Positions 40,523 through 54,057 of a stretch of 64,000 nucleotides of DNA are shown piece after piece; position 1 is the stretch's first letter; every line of letters starts with the position of its first letter. The notes under the pieces are model-generated. The model ran no database searches. It worked only from the letters and a program-made list of their open reading frames with translations, and was not told the origin of the DNA. Source of the DNA: Glaucostegus cemiculus. Lineage: Eukaryota. A program made the position numbers and the translations under genes. The DNA is taken from contig CDPCPM010000076.1 of assembly GCA_976551045.1 (NCBI GenBank), forward strand, positions 26,350,001 to 26,414,000, given 5' to 3'.

Positions 40523-40782
40523 CAGAGTGTTATACAGCATGGAAACAGGTTCTTTGGACCAACTTGTCCATGTTGACCAAGTTGTCTACTTGAGCTAGTC
40601 CCATTTTCTCATGTTTGGCCCATATCCCTCTAAACCTTCTCTATTCATGTACCTGTCTAAATGTCTTTTAATTACTGTAATTGTATCTGCCTCTATCACT
40701 CTCTCTGGCAGCTTGTTCCATATACCCACCATCCTGTGTGTGAAAAAGATGCCCCTCAATCCCTCTTAATCTTTCCCCTCTT
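40523..40782 (-). mobile_element. CR1 3' UTR fragment
   Basis: atacagcatggaaacagg...gctagtcccatt...tttggcccatatccctctaaacc...ggcagcttgttccatatacccacc. Confidence 0.85.
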
Positions 40783-43700
40783 GCAAAGTCCCAACCTTTG
40801 GGTATCTTTGGCTTGGCATCTCTAGGTAGCTAAACCATAGTGAGCAATACATTTAAATTTTTGTGGCAATATTTAGCACCCTGCAAGGCTTGGCAATATA
40901 AGATATTAATTGCTTTATAATATCAGCAGTACTTTCCTTCATATGCAGATATTTGGAGGAAATAGCTCACTTTTCTTTAAATCAGGTTTTGTAGATCTTT
41001 CATTAAAGAACCTTTCTTCATCAGACAAAGTTTATAACCAAAGTATACCCTTGTCTTTCAAGATTTTGGTTCTTTTGATTGAGATTTCAGATGGTACACT
41101 GAACTTTGTATGGAATATCTTAGTTTGGTAAAAATAAGCTGGGGAAATAGAATAAGAGAAACAAACAAAAAGGGACCTGGAAAATAAGCCTCATCAAAAT
41201 CTGAAAGCTGCAGATTCCCAGAATATTCCTGTGTGTTGATGAGCTCAATCCAGAGATTTTAAAAAAATTGTGTGATTAAATGTTACTCCTGATGAAAAAG
41301 CATTTTAATAAAATTCTGAAGAATTGACAAGTGAACATCAGCAGGTGGTGTGGTTTAATAGGGTTTTAAGTCCAATGGCAAAGGAACAGAATAGGTGATT
41401 TGATGAGAATAGAATATTCTGATTCTGATTCTAGGTTCAAGGGGGACTGGAAAATCTGGCTCAAATTCATATGGTTGCAGCGGTGTCACTTGTGGCAGAT
41501 GCAATTTTCTCATGACTTTTTCAGACTTATAAGCATCCAAAGCTTTCTCTGCAGCTTATATTTATTCACTGTAAAATAGTTTCATTTCAAAGAGAGATTA
41601 TTTTTTCCAGAAATGGAATGTAAAATAGGTGAATATTATCCAAATTGTCCAGTTAAACTAATCTCCTGAGTCATGCAACTATTAAGTTAAGTGTAACTGG
41701 GGAATAAAAGGAAATATGAAAATAAGCTCTTCAAATCCAAACTTTTACCTGAGCTCATCGAGTGAAAAGGGCATCTTAGCAGTAGCTTTGGATTCTCTGG
41801 TGGCTATTGAGACAGTCAGAATTAAGCTTTAAAGCACCAGAAATATACTAGCTTAGAATCTGCGGTGAATAATACTGAATTATTATAATGGAGGAAATTT
41901 AGCAACGGGAATACATACAGATGCAGTTAAATGTGAAAATTCAGAAGTTGCTGTCAGGGATACCCTGCCATTCCACTGGGTGCATTGTTCTAACCTTTAC
42001 CAATATAATTAACGCAGAATCAGGAATTGATGGGAAATGCAACTTTACAGGAACAATTTTGGCTGTTAAACCACTGAAATATGTCACACCCTCCTTGACA
42101 AGGTATGATATAAATAAGTTTTTAAATAGCATTCCAAGCCAATAATTACTGAAACAAAAACATGATTTGGTCCTTAAAATCTACATTTTTTGCACAGGCT
42201 CTAAATAATTATGTTTTTAAAAAAATTACAAACCCCATGCATTTAAGTCATTGTTAATTTTAAAGTTAATGGTATTTCATCATCTGCTTTAATCCATGTG
42301 TATGATCCAATCCTTAATTTACCCTCTGTAAAATGTGTAAAGATTTAATTAAAGGATTTTACTCCCCATTTTTCTTTCAGAGTTCTACATTCTGATTGGC
42401 TACACACTCAGGAATTAAGGAATCCCATTTTACTGATGCTGGAATTGAATAGCTGGACAGAGGGGAATCCGTGGCATAGAGACTGTAAGATCTTTGAAAG
42501 CAATATTTGCTTTCCTAAAAAATGAAGATCTTTGTTAAGCACCTTCACTTTGCTGCTCATTACAAAATCTGGGTATTTCACGATGGCACAGTAGGGAAAT
42601 CATTAGACACTTGAACTAGACTGATCATCCAGTTCATGGCCACAATCTGCAGGTTTAAGCATACCAATTTACAATAACTCTGAATCAGTTATGCAGGTGT
42701 AGAGTAAGCACAAGTTATAGAAAGGTGTCATCTCTTTTTGTGATGGTGCTGTTAGTAGCAATTCTGGTCATCTGCTCCTTCAGTTCTTTTACTTCCACTG
42801 GCAAAGCATCTTTAAAGGTCAAAGTTGTCCACAAATTAAAAAGGCAGTTGAGTGATACTGGATTGTTGTACTTCAAGTTAATTTCCACTGTGGAGCTGGA
42901 TTTGGTTGAGCAAACTCACTCCAGTTCTGCATTTCTCAAAGTAGTAGGATCAGGGATAGCAGTTGTGTGTCCATAAACTACATCCTGACTGTCCGTAAAT
43001 GCCAATGCAAGTACACTTATACTTGAGTTTTAGTATGAAACTCTATAACAAAGTTCCTGCAAAGACAGATGGCAAGCTGCAGCTCAAATAAGTTCATTTT
43101 TCAATTACTTTTGTATTTAAAATTCATACAGCTTTTATAAAAGTTTAATGACAAAATATATTTTATTATAGTTATAAAGGCTATTTAAAAATAATTGAAT
43201 GTTAATTTGAAAAGGCCTTGTATTTTTCATTTATTATGGTTGAATCTGTTTGCATGAAGACCATATTAACTATGAAAACATGCTGTTCTTGTATCTAGCC
43301 CAAGATATTAGTTTCTCTGAATAATTTGTAAAAATGATCACAACTCAAAACAGCAATGTCTTTTGATTAGTAGTAAATACTAACAACAATCTTTTTGAGT
43401 AAGAGATGAAAACTCTACATTTCTCAATATTTCCTGGAACCAGCTACACATTATAAATCTAAATATCCTATAGATGAGCAAGATTGTTCCCTTAGTGACT
43501 AGCAACTGATAATGTGCGGTGGAAACTCCAGCTTCCAACAAATTTGCAAATCTTAAAAAAAATCAAACAGAACAGCAATTGAACTAGGTGCTGGAAATAA
43601 GTTTACTATTCCACTATTTCAAGTCTACATTGCATTACAGAGTGTAGGGCAAACAAAAATTATGATATGTTCGAAGGATAAGCATCAATAACAAGACAAT

Positions 43701-45559
43701 ATTGCACAATATTACAGTTGTAATAGAAATAATGAGTATAAACTTCCTACAATCTGACTTCAGTGTCTATTCCTTTGTTTTTAAACTTTATTATGAAGAC
43801 ATCATATCAAAAGGTAGACATTGCTGGTCATTGTTGGATGGGTTTACAGAGTCAAAGATATATATATACACACACACATTTTCTATTAATATTTTACAAA
43901 AAACTTTGAAGCATACAGGTCCATATCCTGATGATACACTAGAAATAATTAAAACCCATTTATGACTGTGCTAGTCTCTCAAAGGCATTGTTTAACATTC
44001 AAATGTGGCATTCAAAGTATAAAGGCTGTCTGAGATTCCCCAGCACACTTGAACATCTGCATAATCTTACAATCTTTATAATCACATTTGTACCATGAAT
44101 ACTTAAAGTCTCCAGAGATCTCTGCTTCTGACAACAATAACACGGAACTTTTTTTGAAATCCATTCTGCAATTCCTGGTGACTTGTTATCAAAAATCATC
44201 ATTTTTCTCCTCTTACCTTCACATTTTAAAAAAAGAAATCTTGAGCATGATTTATGCTTTTGAAGAATGCATAATATAAGTTGACATTTTCCAGCTGAGG
44301 TATAGCCTAGTTACAACTACATGCTTCATTACATACGACTCCCTATGAGCGGATGAACAGACAGAAATAGCAAAGCTATTTAAATATATAAAAAAAGATG
44401 AATTCATGCCAGATGTCCATTTTTCCCCTCAACTGAATAGTACTCTCACTGACCAGATGCCAGTTTATGAAGTTGATACTGTTTCCAAACAATGTATAAA
44501 ATTAATACTTAATTGAGAATTATATTGATTTTATTTTTTTCTGCTTCTCTATATAGCTCTGCTGCTAAACAGTAAAATTTTCAGCCAATATTATATCTCT
44601 AATATTACACTTAAAGTGTCTTTTTACAAGCATTTAAACATTATTAGAATGTTCTACAAAAAGCCAGCAAGGACTCAATGGGCTGAATAGCTGCCTCCTG
44701 TGCTGCAACAATTCTGATTTTAATCTACTGACAAGACATATCAATCAATTTTCATGTCATATGTAATTATACACCTAGAATAAATAAAAGATTGTGTGTG
44801 TGTGTATATAACTTTAAATATTTCTAAGACCATGTTGATGATGATAAATTTTGGACAATTTATTGCTACTAAGTTTTATAAAGTAGTTAATCATTCATCA
44901 CTGGTTTTCATTAATATTTAAAGTTTATTTAATTATTTCATTGCATTGGAACTATTTAATGCTCGCTATGTACAAAATGTCAGCATTTACCATCATCATA
45001 AGGTTAAACTGACAATAAGTCTTGAGGTACAGGTCTGCGTTGTTACATGTGGGAACTAAATGTGGAAATCCAAAAGGTGCATTCAGTGGCTTTTTGCTCA
45101 TATGTACAATGTGCTATTTTGCAACCTCCTCCAGCATAATCAAATGAACTGACATGAACTTCAGCTACTGCCAGATTATTTTAACTGCAGATGACCCTGT
45201 AAATGTTAAACTTGTTGTATACGGTGTTAATTGGAAGTTAATGGCATACCAAGTCATAATTATATTGCTTTAAAATCTCTGTGATCTTAAAAAATAATTT
45301 TGTGGGTTAATTTCCTTGGACAAATATTTCAAAATATAATGGATGTTAAAATGAAAAAAAAAAGATATATTCATTTTGAATGGTTATGACATTTCGGCTT
45401 CTACCTCATCCTAGCATGTTCCACTCTGGTAAGAATTTAAAATGTTGCATAAAAGTCATGGTTTTTACTTCCTAATTTGCTGTCTCAGAGAATCTTTCAA
45501 TGAAATTGACTACTTAACCTGTCTATTAACATGAAATGTTACTGACAACCTGGGATCCC

Positions 45560-45895
45560 CCTACACGCTTCCATCGGGTAGAAGATACAGGTGCCTGAGG
45601 GCACGCACCACCAGACTTAAAGACAGCTTCTTCCCCACTGTGATAAGACTGTTGAACAGTTCCCTTATTCAATGAGATGGCTATGACCTCACATTCTACC
45701 TGTGTGACCTGCACCTTATTGCACTGCACTTTCTCTGCAGCTGTGACACTTTATTCTGTACTGTTACTGTTTTTACTGTGCTTCTTCAATGTACTTTGTA
45801 ACTGCACTGTGTAATGAATTGACTTGTACGATCAGTTTGTAAGACAAGCTTTTCACTGTACTGGTACAAGTGACAATAATAAACCAATACCAATT
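45560..45895 (+). mobile_element. Rex1/Babar-type LINE 3' end, fairly young
   Basis: LPSGRRYRCLRARTTRLKDSFFPTVIRLLNS, then a 3' UTR ending gtgacaataataaaccaataccaat. Confidence 0.85.
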
Positions 45896-46749
45896 GATTC
45901 TTGAGGGAAAGGAACATTGGAAAAGGGAAACTAAAACCACAGAGAAGTTACTTTGTCACCAGTGTTGACTACAAAACCTTTACAAAAGCAGCATGTCACT
46001 ATTTAAAATATCCTAAAGATAAAATGAAAGTATTACATTCAATAGTGCAATATTCTGAAATAATAGCAATCTGAATGTTTATTTTAACAGTGTGGCTATA
46101 GATGGAAGTTCTCATAAGAAGTTCAAAGCTACCAAACATATTGTGTTGTACACCCAATCCAGCTGTTCAAGCCATACAGAAAACAATATACTTAAGATAT
46201 TTTAAATGCATTTAGCTTTGTAACAGTACTAATCTAACAACCTACCATATGGAATGAAAGAGTGGCAAAATCCATAGTGGCATACAGCAAATTTGAAAAC
46301 TTTAGACTTCCTGAATATATAATAAACTAAAAATTGAAACAGGAAAAAAATACCAGCCTATTGATTCTTTTTAAATAAGTGCACATGGACAAAAAGGACT
46401 TGCATATCACGGCTGCCCTAGGGAGAGAAATTAGATTCATTGTGCAGGAGAGAATATAAAAGCTTCTCAGAATGCTGATGTTAATTTATAGAATGTGAAT
46501 GGTATTAGAAAATATACCTCAAATTTTGAAATTTGGATTCTGGAAATAATTGCTATAATTATAGCACTATGAACACAGCTCTCATTAAGTGCTTGTGATC
46601 AAAATATTAAGCTCTTTATGCTCATGGTAAAAGTTTTCAAACTTGTGATACAAAGTTTCAGAAATTGTTGCATTATGCAACTTTGAATTCTACCACTTAA
46701 GATTTGGCTACCAGGCGCAATGGATGTCATTAACTTCAAGTTCCACTCC

Positions 46750-46940
46750 AATCACACACAATACTGACTTAGAAGTTTACCACTGTTCTTTCGTTGCTAC
46801 TGGGTCTAACTCCTGGAACAGCTTCCTGATCAGCTCTGTGGGAGCAGATTCACTAGAAAGACTGAACTGGTTCAATACTGCAGCTCACCACCGCCTTCTC
46901 AAAGGCAATTAAAAATAGACAATAAATGCTGACTTATTCG
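46750..46940 (+). mobile_element. L2/CR1-group LINE 3' end
   Basis: SFVATGSNSWNSF...FNTAAHHRLLKGN* followed by caataaatgctg. Confidence 0.7.
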
Positions 46941-48170
46941 CTGGTATGCCTTTACTGGATAGAAACAATATTTCATTTATTTTTCAGATTTTCATGTGAT
47001 GGATTTGGGTCTATTGCAGATGTTGATAGACTTGCTATCAATTCGATGTAGTTTTTATGATAGGGTCTTAGCATTGACAGTTCTTTGTTTAGCTATTGCA
47101 AATATTAACACAGCCCTCAATTTTATCAACATGTTCAATTATTTCTTCTTTCACAGTACATAACACTTTATAAATAGTACCCTGGACACCTATTGATCTA
47201 TCAAATATTTAAGGTAATATCAGTTCCAAGATTTTCACATTAAATTCCACTGTGATGGGAAAAGTCTACTGCTGCAAAGCTATTTAACGTGGAATTGGAA
47301 CACACTAAAGGACCCTTCTGCAAACTTGTAATTACCAGTAAAACTGCAGTGTTCAAAAAAGTTTCAGATTTTGAGGATGGTTTAAAAAAAATGCTCAGGA
47401 GGCAACTATGAAACTTTATTTTTACCTCACATTCAAGGTGAGCATTATAACCTCATTCACATTATACAGTCTTTCTCTTTCATGAATTATGGATTTAGGG
47501 GTTAAAATGGTGTTATACTGAGAATCCCCTAATCAGCAGCAATCAACAGTTGATATGGCAGATGCTGAAACTGATGGCTTTCTGGTGAGCAACCCATTTG
47601 GGGATTCCCATATAAATAAAAATCAGCAAAAGTTTTGAATGAAAATACCAATGATATTCCTTTAGCATTACCTTCATTTCAGAGTGAAATGTTTGTGGAA
47701 AAAACAATGACACATTCTGAAGCCATTTAGTTATGCTGGCCTCAATTTCTACAATTTTTATGATTGCTCATGGTTTTTATGCAAGTTCTAAAATTCAACG
47801 TATGCCAAAGTGATTCGTGCTTGACCAGAAAATGGCCAGGCATCCCATTCTTGGGCTTAATAACCTTCTTTAGTACATAACAGTGGTCGGCTGTGGCTCC
47901 TCAGCCCTCATTTGTCCACTTCCTTTGGCATTTCTTCTGACTTAAAGAAATTGTTTCACATGGAAACTACAACTCCTTCTCACTTTTGTGCTACAGTTAT
48001 TATCCCCCTTGCTTTGCCTATCCTCCAGAGCAGTTTACCTAGCATTTTGTGCAAGTTGGTAACAATAATCCCATATATAGTGAGCAAATATTATAAAAAG
48101 TTATGTTGGAATGCAGAGTCATGCAGGCAAATTTGCATTTCAGCTATTGTTATGGCAAAGTGCCAAGCAC

Positions 48171-48234
48171 AGGTTGGGGGGGGGGGGGAGGGGATGGGTG
48201 ACAGGGGGTCAGTTGGAAAGAGGGAGGTGGGGGA
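48171..48234 (+). repeat. G-rich tract with a long poly-G run (G-quadruplex capable)
   Basis: A run of about 13 G followed by ggggatgggtgacagggggt...gggaggtggggg. Confidence 0.6.
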
Positions 48235-48554
48235 AAACAAATGGTTCCAGATCACTGCTCATCCAATGACAGCCAGATGAAAAGTTAGACAAATATGTTC
48301 TTCTACAAAAGAAAATGTGCCCCTCCATTAGTTCCTATTCTGTGGTCAAGATACAACTGACCCTCCATGTCAGGGTACAGTGTGCATAAAGTTGGAAATT
48401 CTGGAAGAACTTCAGGGGTTACATTTATAATATCCTGCACATGTTCTTCACATGCTTTAGATTTTTAAGAAATATTACATTTAAAATCAATATTAAACTG
48501 ACAGCTGAAATCACCTGCTCTTCAGTTTAAACTGGTACCAGTGGAGTAGTGACA

Positions 48555-48700
48555 GTCCTGCTGAAAAAGCATTGAGCAGGCCACTAGTATCTTAGGAGAA
48601 AGAATTAGAGTTAGGCTTCCATGTTATCGAGCTCCACAGATGCTGCCTGATCTGCTGAGAATTTCCACCATGATTTTATTCCAGGTTTCCTGTGTCCAGA
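48555..48700. mobile_element. Decayed Penelope-like terminal repeat pieces
   Basis: ctccacagatgctgcctgatctgctgagaatttcca plus a weaker inverted copy on its left. Confidence 0.55.
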
Positions 48701-49097
48701 GTTTTATTGCATTTGCTTTAGTTATTGATTGGTTTGCAGATACTGAATGCAAACACAGATGTGCAGTCAAACATAGCTCCATTGTCCACATTAGAAGAAA
48801 TATTTATCTAGAGACAGATATATATTTAAATTCACCAATACAGCTGCATCCCAGAAATATCTTAAAATTATTCAAAATGATGGGAAAAATAAGGTCCCCT
48901 GCATCAGCAAACATATCACTGTAACACCTTCCATGGTAACCTGACAAAACAGAAGTGACCTTCACAGTATTTCTGGGAGATACCTATTCACAGTAATGTT
49001 ATTGACACATACATGAAATATTCAAGAGATTGCTGGTATACAAAGCTGACCTGTAAAACTTCTTTGGAAGGTTCTTACAATGTGTCAGAGTTATCAC

Positions 49098-49108
49098 TTT
49101 AATTTATT
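49098..49108 (-). promoter_or_regulatory. Candidate polyadenylation signal of the TMEM33-like gene (overlapping AATAAA/ATTAAA)
   Basis: First minus-strand AATAAA that I found downstream of the stop codon (~710 nt away), overlapping an ATTAAA and followed ~20 nt later by CA. No transcript evidence. Confidence 0.35.
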
Positions 49109-49816
49109 AACCTCATTAAACAAAAGCTTAAAAGCTATCAATCCCTGAGGGTGAGCTGAGAAAATGGAGGTCATTTGTTCCAACAAACTACGAGGAGAGC
49201 CTGAGCAATAAGCTTTATGTGTACTTTACAGTAATCATTTAGGATCTAGCCCTACATTTCTTTAAATATCTACACCTGTCAAACATGCAACTTTTAGTCA
49301 AGGTTTACACTAACCTAGCATTAAATAATCAATCTTTTACTAATAACCTACTCCCTAGTACCATTTTAAATTCTTGTGATGCAACGATGGTGATTTTTTT
49401 TCGACACGAAGGGTAGATGTTAAAGATATTGCATATTTGGGTTACATTTACTTTTGAAAAAAAATGCAAGAAAATGGATGATCAAGGGATGCATAGGTGC
49501 CATAGTAACCCAATGTCTGTTTTGCACTTGAATGGACAATGCACACAATCCTCAGAACAAATTGTGTATCCATATTCATATAAAATCCATTCTCATTGCC
49601 CTTTAATCAAATGCAAACATACCTTTAAAAAGGCAAACTTCATCATATGAAATTACGAACATAAAACAACATACACAAACTTCAGACATCATTCCTTAAA
49701 AGTAAACCAAAAACAAAACATACACAACAGAAACTACAGGAATATTCCACGGAATTCTAAAGTATAAAGGATGTCACCATTTGCAAATCATCTGATGTTA
49801 AGGAGAATCTCGAACT

Positions 49817-49943
49817 CTATGACCCTGGAGCCAGCTTACAGATGAGCTTTATAGCTTTGTGACATGCATTTCGGAGGAAAGTTGGACAGGAAGGTCTGGC
49901 TGTCAGCTGCTCTATTGCCACTCGAAGCTCATAAAACAATGTC
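49817..49943 (-). CDS. TMEM33: TMEM33-family protein, last coding exon (127 nt including TAG)
   Basis: Branch-like ctaac, pyrimidine tract and acceptor ttattaacAG. Translates (R)TLFYELRVAIEQLTARPSCPTFLRNACHKAIKLICKLAPGS*, aligning with the TMEM33 C-terminus RTLFNELR..E....P.CP.F.R..C...I..I..LAP. Phase matches the upstream exon; the intron is 49944-59700. Confidence 0.93.
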
Positions 49944-51149
49944 CTGTTAATAAAGAGTAGAAGGCCAGTTAGTTACTTCAAAGCATAACACACATATCTG
50001 CCATGCAAGACAATGTAGGCAGAGCAAAGCAATAAATTAAAGGCCTATCCATTTTATATTGAGTGGATGTCCTGTCTACTTACAAGTCTGTTCATCTGGC
50101 TAATGTAGAATGGCTGTTCACTTCAGTGGAATTGATCAAATTAATGTAGGAAAATTAAAATATTTAATAAATCACCTCTCAGCATCCTCTAAATACATTA
50201 TAGACCCGTTGAAGAATTTATGATCCCAATTAAACTATTAATGATCAGGTGTTTTCCTTGTGTTTAGATGCTGTAACAGATTTCCATTTATGATAATAAC
50301 CTGCATTATGAAGTTATTTATCATAAAACAGGGTCATAAGGTCACATTTTGCTCACATACAGGCAGAGTCCAACAGTCTTATAATACAGTTGACCAGTAA
50401 CCAGGACATTCCAATGCTACAATAGCCTGAACTTTGATTTCATAATTTGAGTTTGCTCAAAACAAGTTTAAAAAGCTGCTAATGGGGCCACAAAATCCAA
50501 GTTGATGAAAAATTGACCGAGAAATTCTATCTTCATTTTATGTTTTAAAAACTTGTCCAATGATATTGAGAATTTTTGCACAATAATACATGCTTAGCAG
50601 GAACTGTACATGTTTAGTATTTACCTATCTGATTTCTTTTACTGCTCCAAGAATTACCCAGAGCAAGTTATCTGATAGCAGGCCAGGTTTATTAAATTTT
50701 TCTGTGCGCTTTGGCTCAAAAAGATTTTTACCCCATATGTGGCCTGATGTGTGAGCTGATAACAGGGCTGCAAGGGCAAGAGGAACACTGGTGAATGCTG
50801 CAAACAACACTGAATGATGGGAACTGACCGGATTAAAAGATTGAGAAAGGAACAAAGCACTGGAATGGTACAAATTTTAGCAGGTGAATTCAATATAACT
50901 GCATTACAGAAAAAGAAAGATTGGGTTTTGAGAAAGAGATAAAGTGAGAAAAAATTGACCATTTTAAAATCTAAATCCATTCACAACTTGAACAAACAAT
51001 ACAATGCACTTTTTATTTTTCACTTTGAGATTGGCTGCTATTAGCAATGATCACTTCATCAGGACGATTGTTAAGCTATTAATTATTGGCTTTAACTTTC
51101 TGTGGTACGTTTAATGAGTATAGCAACATGAGAAGCACTGGAAGGTTAA

Positions 51150-51705
51150 GGACGAAAGGCCGTTTGCATGAAGCGGATCATGAAGCAGCAGAATTGCAAA
51201 GCAACTTGAGCCAATTCACAACTCAAAGGGTCGCTCTTCCTTGCTGCAAGAGATTTGCACGTTTATAACAGTGCGCTTTGAGAATCCAACCCATACCTCT
51301 GGGCTGGGAGAAGCCTGCAAAGCCCAGGAACTCCTTGCAAGGAGGCTCTGTCCTTGGGAAACAAGGGAAACGATGATAAACTCTGCTCGCCTAAAAGCCT
51401 TGATGATCTGACTGGTAGGGAAGTGGACCGCAAATTGTGAAGTCAGCTTTTATGGCCTCAGGTCTGTCGCAAAGAAATTAAATGCCAAAGTCCCCTTTAC
51501 TTCATGAGTAGGATGGCCAGGGCCCTATTCTGTAAATGCCTCTGCATGATGTGGCAGAATTCCCTGACCAGCACCTTGGAGGAAAACTGCCTCCTAAGGC
51601 ATAAGTTTGCAGTTGCATGACTTTCTGAGAAGTGCTCCTGACTGGCACACATACTTCTTGATTGGAAATTTGTGGTCCTCCTTCTCCTTCATCAGGTAGC
51701 CCCAC
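51150..51705 (-). pseudogene. Second Harbinger transposase fossil, inside the last TMEM33-like intron
   Basis: LCLRRQFSSKVLVREFCHIMQRHL/GPGHPTHEVKGTLAFNFFATD...QIIKAFRRAEFII...FLGFAGFSQPRG, versus the recalled CLRRLR.S...V..IC, GGH.LPVAVKVT.ALNFFASG, VTDALF.RA..FI.F and F..IAGFP.VQG. Confidence 0.7.
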
Positions 51706-54057
51706 TCAGGGAATCTTCTATTTATTTCCTGAAATGATGAACTCAGGTCTCTAGGCACACCAAGCTTCTATGACCCTTACTGATAGGCAAATGGGCTGTA
51801 AATTGCATTGCCAGTTATCATTGCCCAAATCCTGTGGCAAAGGGATGTGACCATGTCTGTTGGCAAGACAGTCTATAAAGGCTTCAGAAATAAATGATCT
51901 CTTTTCTGTCCAAGATTTCAATCTCTCTACAGGCTCAACTGCAATTCAACCCCCATGATATAAATAACTGATGACCCCTTTACACAGTGCATGAGGGCGC
52001 GGTCTTTTCCTGCTATTAACAGTGCAGCAAGTTCATTGACATAGCCCAATTTGGCAGTGCTTGTGTGAATTTAGTATTGCCTGTGGCTTTACGCCATCAG
52101 CTGGCCACTCCACATACTTCTCACACTGCATGCATTATAGCGTTACCTAAATTAACAGTTGCTATGATGTGTTGAGACTGTGTGCTACGAGGGTCAGTGC
52201 CTCAAACAGAAGGCACTCCACTAGCCAGGAGTTCCAAACACCAGCAGTAAGCAGCCCACTACTCCCCACACCCTCTGGTTTCTAACACAAAAGCAGCACT
52301 GCAGAGGGGTCATGTAGGGGTCAAAGTAATGAGAGGAGTGTTCCATCTAAACACTTGAAAATTAATTTTAAATTCTTCACTGATGTTAACAAGGAAGCCC
52401 AAATCATGTAGATTTTAAGTGCAAAATTAACCTTTCTGACTTATCAGACAAGTCAGCAATTCATGTTATAAAAAAAAGGAGTTCGTGAGTTAAGAAAAAC
52501 AGAACTGTTGTAACCAATACAGACACACTCAACTGATGTTCAATGCATGTATTTCTGTAAATGGATTTATTTTATTACCGACACCCCTACTCGCTGCTTT
52601 ATTAATACTCAGAATTTCCAATGACAGCAAACACATTAACCGTGCTTGGATTTTGGAATGCAATCAAAGGATTCATTGCTCCATGACAGCTTCAATCAAT
52701 ACAGCAGCAGATACAAGCAAAGCAGCTTGATGAAGGTGCATTTATGCTTATAATTTTTAAACTCCCTGGGCCATGCACATAAACAAATTGATTGAGTTTT
52801 CAAAATGAGCATTAGACTAATATCGGAGGGTAAAAAATAAGGCACAAGTCAATGAATGCATCTCACTGGTAAAAACTTGCATGGCATCAATCATTTCCAT
52901 CCAACTGAAATTAAATACATGTTCCATTCTACAGCTTTTCCTAGAATAGTTTCCATTCCCTGCATTTTCCACTGTGTATACTTTCAGGTATTGCAATGGT
53001 ATAAATTAAACCGTAATTGGGCAAGTCGAAAAGAAGGGAAAGGGCATTGAGAAGCTGCATCTCCACAGTGCTGCCATTTTTTCCATAGATTAATAAAATT
53101 CATTTTCCACTTTATTGCATTGTTAATAAAAAAATGTACTGTTACTGAAAGCTTTTAGTGCATAACAATGCTACACCGATTTCTGTTAGGTGTGGAAATC
53201 TATCAGTCCTCAAGTAACAGCAGGAGCTTCATCCCACAGTGGTAAAAACGAGTTTAAATCATTTGATTTTTAGGAAACTAAATATATTCTGATGTAGGGA
53301 ATTATGGTAATTACATTCATTAGTCTGGTTCAGTACAAAAGGAGTTGATCCAGAATGCTTACTTTTAACATAACGATTAATAACAGAAAACTTTTGAAGA
53401 TTGATAATGATAGTGTTTTATTTAATGCATTCTCCTGTTTTGGCCTTCAGTGCTAAAAACAATGTTATCCAGTTGCACTTGCCAAGTTGTGAAGAAAGGC
53501 TGTTCAGAAGTTCTGCTGGCAGATGACCTCATGGGGCTTCAGGCATTCTTTGCATATCATCAGCTATCAAACGCACTGATGGGCAATGGTCAGATGCTGT
53601 GAAGCTTAAACCAAAGACTTGTCTTAATCCCTGTTCTGTGACATGATTAATGAGATGGAATTCCCATTCTGGGCTTCCTACCAATCAATAGGCAGATGGG
53701 CAGCGGTAGATGCAGACATTCAAAGTAACGAGAGAGTAGAAACTGCTGAAGCCCTTGATAATATCAGCTCGGGCAATTGGGTTAGAAAGAATTTTTTTGA
53801 CATTTAATGAAAATTTGATTGCACCCTAGACTATTGTATAATTCTGACTGGCTGACAAGGTGCATCAGTACACATTACACACAACATTGACTTTGGTTCC
53901 ATTTGTAGAAGCTCAATCCCATTAGTCGTGACAGTTGAGTTCCTACATCTTTGCAGTTTTATACATATTTTTTTCTTTACTCTGGCTAAAAGAATGTACC
54001 ATTTGTTTTAAATAATGCCCAGCACAGGTTTTATGCATTGGTACTGAATCAAAATAA

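Noticed and set aside
50625-50980. Two minus-strand ORFs in the last TMEM33-like intron ending near tag|gtaaat
   Set aside because: All frames reach a stop before or at the donor, and there is no homology.
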